This document shows, piece after piece, positions 53,301 through 64,000 of a DNA stretch of 64,000 bases. Source of the DNA: Octopus sinensis. Its lineage: Eukaryota. The notes beneath the pieces are model-generated. The model ran no database searches and was not told the origin of the DNA. It was given only the letters and a program-made list of their open reading frames with translations. A program made the position numbers and the translations under genes. Within the stretch, counting starts at the first letter, position 1, and every line of letters begins with the position of its first letter. The DNA lies in NCBI RefSeq assembly GCF_006345805.1, contig NC_043018.1:28892001-28956000 (forward strand). The letters are read 5' to 3'.

Positions 53301-53769
53301 CCCTCCTATCGCTCGAGCCTACACCATCCACCCGCGCATCGAGAATGGTGTTGAAATCCCCTACCAAGACTACCGTTTTGGACGTCACTAGAAAGTGCTC
53401 CAGTTCCCGATAAAAACCGGTCTGCCCACGTCCGTTAGGAGCGTAGACAGCCACCAACCTGAAGGACTGCTTACTCACGTGCGTCACATCTAGGACAACC
53501 AGCCTACCTTCTGGGTCCAAAAAGACAGTACTTACCTGTAAGTCCAAGTTCTTCCTGAAAAGAACTGCCACGCCTGCACCTCCCCCTCGGCTAGGAGAAA
53601 TAAATTTCTCGTAACCATTGAGAAGTGGTGAGAACGCTTGGGGTCCCTTCATCTTGGACTCGGTAACAATAGCTACTTCGATTCTATGTGAAATGAGGTC
53701 GTCACGAAAACAAGCCTGTTTCCATTTCGATCCCATTCCACGCACATTTATACAACCTAACTTAATCAT
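50383..53769 (-). CDS. LINE ORF2: APE endonuclease - reverse transcriptase - C-terminal zinc finger (broken by about 3 frameshifts)
   Basis: INVRG, AVYAP, GDFN, TDH (APE); SPGLDG, NYRPITLLN, LDQSKAFDRVDH, VRQGCPLSPLLY, YADD (RT); CPRC..ETVQHAFVQC. Confidence 0.92.
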
Positions 53770-53792
53770 CGAGAAAAAAGAAAATTATTTAC

Positions 53793-55298
53793 TCACGGTT
53801 GCGAGAGGGAGCCTGACAGATTCTTTCTGCCTGTCTCCCCCCCACTCGCCGTTGCTGCTGGGTGTTTCACCGGCGTTGCCACCGGGCTCTGGGTTGGTGT
53901 GGCTGCCGGGCTAACGGGTAATTTCCCAGTTGTCACCTCCTGGGTGACATCCTTAATGAAGCCGGCTTTTACGTGGCTTTGTAAGGTTTTGTCTTTCCAT
54001 CCTTCTTCGCCGACCCTTCCATATCGCCACTCCGCTTCCTTCTCGGTCGCTTTGTAGCACCTGATCAGCGTACTTGCTTTCACCCATGTTTCTACTCTCA
54101 CGTTCTTTGTGGTGTATGCAATAATTTTTTCGTTGGGTTTAAACCCTTTTACAGTTGGGGGGTGGGTTTGTTAAAGTGCTGGCCTATAAGTGTAGTACCG
54201 CCGGGGTGGGATTGGAGAATATTTTTAATTTGTTCGTCTGCGTTGTTTTTTTTTTTGATACGGGTGGGGAGTCAGGGGTGATGGATTTTTTCCTTTTGTT
54301 GGACACGTTCGTAAATTCCATGTCTTCTTGTTTATTTGTTTTTGTTGCATTATTTCCTCATCCTTTCCTTTCTCATTTTGCATTTCGTTCTTGTCTTCCT
54401 CCTTTTTGGAGTTCGACCTGTTTATTTTTTCCTCCTTGTTTTCGCCAGCCGTTACTTTTTCTCCACTTTGCTGCTTTCTGCGTTCTTCACAGCGTTTTGT
54501 GGGGGGGGGGCGTTGCCCGCATTATTTTTTTTGTGCAAACGGAGCGAACGTGGCCCTTTTGCCCGCACTTAAAACATCTGGGCCTGCGTCCTTCCACCGA
54601 AACTCGTATGGAGTGCCCCTCCCCCACGAAGACTCTGTTTGGTAGGCTTTCCAACGTCGCATTTTCCGCCTGGATTATCATCTCCAGCTGCTGGCCTCTC
54701 CAGTGTTTTGCAATTTTTCTCTTCATACTTAAAATTGTCAATTTTGATTCAACATCAAAAATGACCGCTGTTGCCGCCCACATCACGTCGTAGCCCGTTG
54801 GTATATCTTCTAGGGTCACTTTTGCGGTTCTGCATCCTAAATATAAGGGTAGCAGTATTATACTCTCGTTTTTCAACGTTTGTGTCGAAATTTGCCTTGC
54901 TACTTCCGCCGTTTCAAAATGCGCCTCCACTGTAGCGCTTCTTGCACCTCGGTTGACATGACTAACTTTACTCCATATTGGAGCCATACACTTTTCGACC
55001 ATTTCGTTTTTCACGTCGGTCATTCGTTTTTCCTTGATATTGTACACCCTGTAGGTGACCATTTTTTCCTTTATTGCTTGTATAGTTTCGGGGGGCGGTA
55101 CCAATCGTGTTTCTTCACACTTTTTTGCACCAGCGATCTAAACTTGAATAATCTTTCCATTGATACCTCCATTTCTTCGACTTCGCCACCTACGGCGTCT
55201 GAAAAACTGGGTTTTGTCTGTGTTTCCTTTTGTTTAACAGTTGTTATACTTTCTCCCATCTCGGGAAAGTCTTTTTTTGAACTTAAGTCTAATTCCAT
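53793..55298 (-). CDS. LINE ORF1, gag-like with a CCHC zinc knuckle (frameshifted at G/C homopolymers)
   Basis: RPRCFKCGQKGHVRSVC in ORF 54487-55104. Likely start MELDLSS at 55298; the end at 53793 is inferred. Confidence 0.75.
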
Positions 55299-55990
55299 AT
55301 TAGACAACACAAACTTGTCACAAATGAAGAGAATTTTTTTTTTTTCCAAAATAACCTATACAGGTTAAGAGTTCACACAAAACAGCACACAGAAATTTTC
55401 TACCCCGAAGGGCGAAAATTACTGGGTCAAAAACAGTTCAACAATGATATTACTTGTAACACGACAGAGTAGACAAACGGAAACGAACTCACACAACGAT
55501 TTGCAGCAACAGAAAAATATTGGTATACGCCGAGGAAAAATTCAAAAAACACCAGGTAGCGATGAAAGTGAAGGCTCCTTTGTAAACAGATATAATTTTT
55601 TCTAATGGCGTCTGCCACTGATGTCGAAAAACGAACAGTAAGCATAATTAAATCCCAGAATGAGATTGAAACAGTAATCCCTCGATAATGTAAAGTATAG
55701 AAGCCATCTTATCATGGCTAACCACATTGGGGAGGGGGTGTTACTGTGGCTTTATAGCCCCAAGAGATCTTCGTCTCTAGCTGGCTCTAAACACAATATC
55801 TGTATCCCGAAACTAGTTCGAGCGTATCACTCAGGCTTGCGAGGAAGGGATGGCCTCCCTTTGCAAATACTCCAAAGACACAGATATGTGTTTAGAGCCA
55901 GCTAGAGACGAAGATCTCTTGGGGCTATAAAGCTACAGTAACAACCCCTCCCCAATGTGGTTAGCCATGATAAGATGGCTTCTATACTTT

Positions 55991-56425
55991 ATATATATAT
56001 ATATATAATTATATATTATTATATATATAATAATATAGATATAGATATATATGTATATATATATATATATATATAATATATATATATGATTTTATATATG
56101 TATATATATGTAGTTTGGTAATATATGTATATATATGTGTGTTTTTATATATATATATGTAGATTTTTGTGATGTTTTTTTATTTTTATATATTATGATA
56201 TAGTATTTATATATATATATATATGTATATGTATATTATATATATATGTAATATATATGTATATATATATGTATATATGTATATATATATGTATATATAT
56301 ATATATGTATATATATGTATATATATATGTATAATATATATATATATGTATATATGTATATATTAGTATATATTATATATATATGTATATATATATAAAT
56401 ATGTATATATATGTATATATATATG

Positions 56426-56457
<32 letters not shown>

Positions 56458-56971
56458 GGATATATATATATATATATATATGTATATATTATATATACAT
56501 AATATATATATGATATATATTTTATAATGTATATATATATATATGTAATATATATACATATATATAATATAGTATATATATATATATGTATATATATATA
56601 GTATATATATATATATATGTAATATATATATATGATTTTATATATGTATATATATGTAGTTTGGTAATATATGTATATATATGTGTGTTTTTATATATAT
56701 ATATGTAGATTTTTGTGATGTTTTTTTATTTTTATATATTATGATATAGTATTTATATATATATATATATGTATATGTATATTATATATATATGTAATAT
56801 ATATGTATATATATATGTATATATGTATATATATATGTATATATATATATATGTATATATATGTATATATATATGTATAATATATATATATATGTATATA
56901 TGTATATATTAGTATATATTATATATATATGTATATATATATAAATATGTATATATATGTATATATATATG

Positions 56972-57003
<32 letters not shown>

Positions 57004-57042
57004 GGATATATATATATATATATATATGTATATATTATATTG

Positions 57043-57073
<31 letters not shown>

Positions 57074-57118
57074 GTATATATAGTATATATTATGTATATA
57101 TATATGTATATATATATG

Positions 57119-57156
<38 letters not shown>

Positions 57157-57175
57157 TAATATATAGATATATATG

Positions 57176-57242
<67 letters not shown>

Positions 57243-57306
57243 ATATAGTATATATATATATATGTATATATATTATATATATATATATATCTATGATATA
57301 TATATG

Positions 57307-57363
<57 letters not shown>
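55991..57363. repeat. (TA)n-rich tract with a ~546-bp internal tandem duplication
   Basis: tgattttatatatgtatatatatgtagtttggtaat occurs at ~56087 and ~56633. Confidence 0.85.
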
Positions 57364-57364
<1 letters not shown>

Positions 57365-57368
<4 letters not shown>

Positions 57369-57658
57369 TGTTCATTCTCGAGCCACGCCTGGCTCATAAG
57401 GGCCGGTTTTCCGGTTTCCTTGACGCATAAGTCCCCACCTGGACAGGTCCATCGCAGGTGAGCTGCAAGATGCAGGAGGAAAGAGTGAGAGAAAGTTGTG
57501 GCGAAAGAGTCAGCAGAAGTTCGCCATTACCTTCTGCCGGAGCCGCGTGGAGCTTAGGTGTTTCGCTCATAAACACACACATTGCCCTGTCTGAGATTCA
57601 ATCCCGCGATCCCGCGACCGCGTGTCGGCTGCTCTAACCACTAGGCAAAGTGCCTCTA
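57365..57658 (-). mobile_element. SINE, head R variant + tail 3
   Basis: Collinear with 6755-7064. Confidence 0.85.
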
Positions 57659-57787
57659 CACACACAAACACACACGTATATATGTATGAATGTATGTATG
57701 TATGCAAGTATATATATGCTCAGATACACAGAAGCACTGACATGCAAACATAAACACGCAAACACACACACACAACTACTTAAAAAT

Positions 57788-58110
57788 AAAGACTCCGCCG
57801 GTTACGACGACGAGGGTCCCAGCTGATACGATCAACGGAACAGCTTGCTCGTGAAATTAACGTGCAAATGGCTGAGCATTCCACAGACACGTGTACCCTT
57901 AACATAGTTCTCGGGGATAATCAGCGTGACACAGAGAGTGACAAGGCTGACCCTTTGAAATACAAGTACAACTCATTTTTGCCAGCTGAGTGGACTGGAG
58001 CAACGTGAAATAAAGTGTCTTGCTCAAGGACACAACGCGTCGCCGGGAATCGAACTCACAACCTTACGATCATGAGCCGAATGCCCTAACCACTAAGCCA
58101 CGCGCCCTCA
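57788..58110 (-). mobile_element. SINE, head M + tail 2, young copy
   Basis: Nearly identical to 41198-41520. TSD acacaactacttaa at 57770-57783 and 58115-58128. Confidence 0.9.
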
Positions 58111-58403
58111 CTTAACACAACTACTTAAGCACAAACTGACACAACTACCCTGAATAGCAACATAAGCCCGCAGACACACCCACACCGACATGCATCTACA
58201 GAATGTAGAAAGACAGTTATAAGAGCTTGTCCACGATCCCTTGAAGACTGCAGTAAAACACACGATTAAGACGTCAAGTATTGACATAATTCATTTTCCA
58301 GATGATGAGGCTGAGTCAGTCTTGAATCTTTGTACAAAGGATGGGCTAAATTTTGCGGGAAGCGTGTCTCATGACACATGGCTTAGAATCAGGCGGAGGG
58401 CAC

Positions 58404-58465
<62 letters not shown>

Positions 58466-58868
58466 TAATAAAACATCCAAAGTAATTTTTCGTTAGAGGT
58501 GCGATGTAGAAAGACCCCCTGAGCCGTGTTTTGTCCCTGACTGCTTTAAACACACACACACAAGTATCTTATGAGTTTTATAGTAGTGTGTATGTCTAAG
58601 TTGATTTATTAATTCTGTCACATTTGGTCTTGTTTATGTTTCCTTTTCATTTCATGTAATCAAATAACACATTTGTTTCTTTCTACTCTACTCTCTCTCT
58701 CTTTCTCTCTCTCTGTCTTTCTCTCTCTTTTTTTTTAAAGTAATCTTTCTTATTCCCTGTTTGTGTCAGATGTAATTCTATTCTTATCAAGATTTGAAAT
58801 GTTACACTACTTCGTTGATGTTATTTAATTCGAACACATAAATACATATGTACATATCTATCTGTCTA

Positions 58869-58911
<43 letters not shown>

Positions 58912-59215
58912 ATCTATCTACCTACCTATCTATATGTCTATCTATCTATCAATCTATTGTCTCCCCCCGCCTCTCTCTCTATATCTATCTATCTGTATGT
59001 GTTTGCGTGTGTATGTACATTAGTGTTTGTTTTATGTTGATTTATAATAAAGAGAATTTATTATTTTTTATGGAATATCAAACTGAAGAATTCATCATTT
59101 TTTGTTTAGTTGAGTACATATACTTTTCGAAGAAGAAGAGTGAGAGTAACTTCGAAGTTTTGTCCCACCATCCTTCATCGGACTGTGTATCAGTATGTAT
59201 ATATGTATGTATATA

Positions 59216-59267
<52 letters not shown>

Positions 59268-59423
59268 TATACTAATATTGAGGGGTCAGCAAAAGAAATG
59301 CATCACACATACCGAAGTACAGAAATAGCAGCCAAAATCTAAGCCATTTCTTCTACTTAAAAAAAGGGTCTACCAGAGAAACCATAATACGTTATTAATT
59401 AGTTTTACCCTTAATTGCTATTG

Positions 59424-59466
<43 letters not shown>

Positions 59467-59479
59467 ATATGTATGTATG

Positions 59480-60360
59480 TATTTTTATAGTTCCAGTGAT
59501 AGATTGGATCTTTAGTCTTCGAATTATCTTTCCCCTTTCTGGTTTTGAGAAGCCTAATTTAGGCAGTGCCCCAATAATTACAGGTATAAACCTGAACTTG
59601 TAATCTGGATAGAGTAACTGCAGATTTCTCAATAGTTCAGTGTAGGTGTTCTCTTCTTCACTGATCTTCATCTTAACGTTAACATCTGCTGGGAAGCTAA
59701 TTTTCACAACTGTGCACAGTTTCTCTTCTCTATCCCAAATCCTTATATCAGGTCTGTTGTGCTTACATTTTATTGAGGTCTTCAATGGTACATTCTACCA
59801 GTATTCCATTTTATTATGAGTGGCTATGGCTTCTATCATATTGTGGATTCTTATTTCTTTGTCCTCGAGATTATCCTTCTGTCGGATTTCATTATAGACT
59901 GTCCTAGATACAACGACATGTTTCGTCAGTAGGTAAACCGTAATGACATTTTCGGGCAACTGCTTATAATGTGTGTGATATATTCAGTGTGAACTCCACA
60001 AACGCTGCATCGGTTGCTACATTTTGCTGCATTTCCTACATCTCTATCCCTTTTGTACATCAGGTGCTTGGTTGATATTTCCTGCTCCTGGATTGCAAAC
60101 GCATACCCTTCAAAGTGGAAGGTAATATTCCGGCTGCTGGCCCATGATAAACTGCTTTGGTGATCGATGTTTCTATCCTCACGGAGGTTTATACTGACAT
60201 ATCTATACATAGTCTTCTGCTCATATAGGATCCTTTCGTCTGATGATACGTTGTGGCAGAGTCGTGCGACATCTTTGGGCATGTATTCCAAGTTATCATA
60301 CAAAGAGTGTTGCTCAAGGAACTGCCTTCCAAGACGTATGATGTCATCAGCCTCAATATG
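59480..60360 (-). mobile_element. RLE-type (R4/Dong-like) retrotransposon remnant: zinc knuckle + endonuclease, flanked by (CATA)n
   Basis: NRCSVCGVHTEYITHIISSCPKM (CCHC) and HNRPDIRIWDREEKLCTVVKISFPAD...FIPVIIGAL. Confidence 0.85.
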
Positions 60361-60824
60361 TATGTATTAACTGTAAAAAAATCAACATATTATCTTACAG
60401 CTGTTTCAATTTTGCCCTAAGATCAAAATCGAGACAGCTGTAGGAGTATGTGTTGGGTTTTTACTGTTAATAAATTACATTAATGCTACATCTCCATTTT
60501 TTTGTAATTAATCTTAAATATTCATAAACCGAGATTTATAGTTAGACCTATTCTTTTATGAATATCACTATTCACAAAAAATACTAGGCAATGGACCAGT
60601 AATTCATTGGATAATTTTATCCCTTAATGAGGCTATTTTAACCTCTAATTAAATATATATATATATATAGATATATATATACATGTCAAATATTCTGTTT
60701 TTGATCTTTTTATTTAATCCTGAAAATATTCATGTGACGCACGCACACCTTAAGTTTTTACCCACACATATATGTGTGTGTATGTATGTATGTATATGTG
60801 TATATATATATATATTATATATAT

Positions 60825-60891
<67 letters not shown>

Positions 60892-60901
60892 TTATATATA
60901 T

Positions 60902-61339
60902 AGGTAATTAGAGGTAATGGTGTCAGTGAGATTCAGGTAATGCTGAATAAGTGCTATGGATAGAGTATAATTAAGTTCCAGATTCGGGGATTATGCGAAT
61001 AAGGGGTTCAACTTAGGTCATATACCAGCGTGTGTATATAATTTTGTTTTTGTAATGAGATAACAAACCAAGACTGTGTAGATTTTAGAACATTTATAAA
61101 TAGGTCTTACAGCAGTTTCTAGGATATTTTTTATATCCCTTCATCGGAGGCTGTGTAAGAAGATGGTTAAGCAATAGTTAATTTAGATAAGATACGAAAT
61201 AAAGAGTCAGGTGGAGGAATGAAAATAGATGTGAAATATGCATGGATATTGAAACAGCTGTAAGACATATTTATAAATGTTCTAAAATCTACACAGCCTT
61301 GTTTATTTTTTATCTCATTACGAAAAAAAAAATTATATA
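60902..61339. mobile_element. Penelope-like fragment with inverted repeat and degenerate hammerhead motif, in (TA)n
   Basis: ~61035-61118 is inverted at ~61251-61339. Minus strand reads CCGATGA a gggatat..atatcct a GAAA CTGCTG TA (61102-61152). The plus arm keeps the palindromic gaaACAGCTGTa. Confidence 0.6.
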
Positions 61340-61744
61340 TATATATATATACAATTAGTTATAGAATTCAGTAAAACCGCAGTACATCAACAAGTAGGAC
61401 GCCAGAAGTGGCTAGGTACAATATCATGGTATTCTCAGCAAAACGAAGTTATCAAGTTTTGATAGACTGCTGTAGATATGTAAGTATCAAATTCAATTTA
61501 AATCTTAGATCGGAATCTGTGGTTATTCCAAAGAGATATATATACACACGGGGTTTAAATTTACGACTGGTGTTTCGTTAGGTTTTTATTGATGTGTTCC
61601 TGCACTACTTCGTAACCTATCTTCCACCATGTTTGGTAAAATTTTAAACAAGTAAGATATCAAACGGGTGAGATAATACATCAATCATGACAAAGCCAAC
61701 CAGCTTCTCTCTCTCTCTTTCTCTCTCTTTTTCTCTCTCTCTCC

Positions 61745-61782
<38 letters not shown>

Positions 61783-61959
61783 ATATATATATATATACAT
61801 GCACAAGATAAATAAGCACGTAGATGTAAAAACAAAGTGGAAAAATAGTACTCAAATTCCAAAGGTTGAGTAATATACTATTTTATTAAGCTGAAAAATT
61901 CTGCACAAACTGTTACTCAGTTTCATGTGGCCGTTAATGAAACATCTGCACACAGAGAG

Positions 61960-62046
<87 letters not shown>

Positions 62047-62079
62047 TATATATATATACACATATATATATATATTTAC

Positions 62080-62359
<280 letters not shown>

Positions 62360-62374
62360 ATATATATATATATA

Positions 62375-62570
62375 CGCTGGCAAAATAGCGATGCAAGCGT
62401 TTTGGGGTGAATAGAATTGCTTCGATCTTTATAAGGTCGAAGCAAATAAGGACGAAACCCTTCATCAGCTGCCCAAACATAGGTAATTTTCGCAATTTCC
62501 GTGCTTAGGACAGTACTGCACATGCTTAGCTGTAGCAATTCCTAAGGTAGCTAAGTAAGACCGAGGTATA
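62375..62570 (-). mobile_element. Further Penelope-like fragment with degenerate hammerhead
   Basis: gcag CTGATGA a gggt...[inner hairpin]...accc c AAAA cgc ttgc at 62393-62473; GAAA has mutated to AAAA. Confidence 0.45.
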
Positions 62571-63774
62571 AAAGAACCGAGAAAATATGGTCAAACAGAC
62601 AGATAACAAAGACGAGATAAACAAGGCTTGAAAAATATACATAAATATTTAAGTATAACAGACAGTAATAGAAACAAGAGAAAGATACGCTAAACATTAA
62701 TGTAAAGCATTAGCAGTTTGAACAATAGAAAGGAGAATAAGAGAGTAAAAAATAGAGGAAGTACTTTAGTATTTTGCAGCTGAAACTATGTAAGATCATA
62801 AATCAATATGTGTGTGTCTGACGCGAGAAGAAAAATGAGAAAAGAAAAAACATTTTCACGTTAGTTTGAACAGGAAACAAAGTATAGGTGAAAACGTTAA
62901 ATGAAAAATGAATGTAAAATCGGAAATAGAAAGAAAACTGGCGTTGGGAAAGGAAAGGGATGCTTCGTGGTAAAAGCGCATTCTTTGCATAGCTGTATTG
63001 CATCTCAAAGGCTAACTCGAAAATTTTAAGATTTTAAATACAGCTGAAAATCTACAAGGCTTTAGTGAGTCTGACATAGAAAGACTGTTCCGATGTCTAG
63101 GATGGTGTTGATACTATGCACTCAGAAATCCTGGACCACATCGAGAAATGGTGATTTGATTCCATTCCGACCAAAAAAGCGAACTATGCCTGCTGTCTAT
63201 ACTTCTAGCTCCAAATCCTAAAACAGATCTCGTAAAAGATTTGCTTCTTTCCGTCTCTTACCTTGTAAAATCTAATGCTGGGAAAAAAGCTAATAGAATT
63301 GATTGAAAATCACTTTCCATAATCCTTTATTATATGTCCATATTTAATAATTCATGTATGGAAGTAACATATAGCAATCCTGTGACTTTTAAAACTATTG
63401 TAGCCAGTAAACCTAGAAGTTGTTTTGTTGAGAAGTGCAATTGCAAAATCACAGAAGCTCCATAAACAACAATATACTAATGGAAACGAAAAATATACCG
63501 GAATGACGAACGGAGGATTAAAATAAATAATAAAATCTCATGTTAGACAAAAACACGGAGATAAAGAAAAATATCATGCATTGCTTTATTGTAGTACCTC
63601 TACCGTCTGATAGAGCATAACAAAGACTACTCAATTCAGTAAATAGATTCTTAGAAGGAAATGCTGGCCATATATGAATGAAAGAGGAATGCTCTTTAGG
63701 TATTGTGGAGAAGACTCATATACTCCAATCTACAAAACTTCTAAAGTATACTTGTATAAAACTCGGAATGTCTT

Positions 63775-64000
63775 GGTCTCTTGCGGCAGCGCCTTGACGG
63801 GTTTTAGTCAAACAAATTGACCCCAAGACATATTTTTTGAAAGTTTAGTACTTATTTTCTCGGTCTGTTTTGTCGAACCGCGAAGTTACGGGAGCGTACG
63901 CTCACCAACACTAGCTGTGAAGCAGTGATGACAGGGACAAACACAGACACAAAAATACACATACATACATATCTGCACACACACATATAAGGCGGGCTTC
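63775..64000 (-). mobile_element. SINE family A, degraded 3' half
   Basis: gtcaaacaaattgacccc...gaaccgcgaagttacggg...gggacaaacacagacac. Confidence 0.65.

Larger units (their letters stand above)
50045..55549 (-). mobile_element. Full-length Tx1/L1-clade non-LTR retrotransposon (~5.5 kb)
   Basis: 18-bp TSD caccaggtagcgatgaaa at 50027-50044 and 55550-55567. 3' end aataaagaaaa. ORF1 and ORF2 both present. Confidence 0.93.
49759..55990 (-). mobile_element. Penelope-like/retrozyme-like repeat (~358-bp unit + partial direct copy + inverted copy) in (TA)n, interrupted by a LINE
   Basis: 49761-49923 is repeated at 55642-55803. Unit = 49761-50044 + 55568-55641. 55804-55990 is an inverted copy of ~49810-49999. 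Confidence 0.8.

Noticed and set aside
49761-55803. Direct repeats flanking the RT ORFs read as LTRs
   Set aside because: The ORFs are APE-RT with no integrase, and the LINE has its own 18-bp TSD inside the repeat. The repeats belong to the host element.
56087-57040. 546-bp duplication in the TA tract as a biological element
   Set aside because: Low complexity; slippage or assembly artefact is more likely.

Overview
Repeat-saturated, AT-rich animal genomic DNA with no host gene exon I can support. The tRNA-derived SINE families and microsatellite load point to an octopus/coleoid cephalopod (inference). Main contents: (1) a full-length Tx1/L1-clade LINE (50045-55549, minus strand, 18-bp TSD) nested in a ~358-bp repeat that carries a hammerhead-ribozyme (HHR) motif; (2) at least six unrelated, non-coding, Penelope-like/retrozyme-like elements with minimal type I HHR motifs, mostly as long inverted repeats in (TA)n. 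One has a compensatory G3-C8 core, and one has a tRNA/Pol III head plus a 13-bp TSD, making it a candidate Penelope-mobilised SINE; (3) dozens of tRNA-SINEs with interchangeable heads and tails, one family repeatedly joined to a fixed site inside itself; (4) R4/Dong-like RLE retrotransposon 3' ends in (TAA)n and (CATA)n; (5) a near-complete mariner, a non-autonomous Helitron, RTE and CR1-group remnants, and a 124-bp-period array of tRNA-like units. Family names come from motif recognition only; no searches or folding programs were run.
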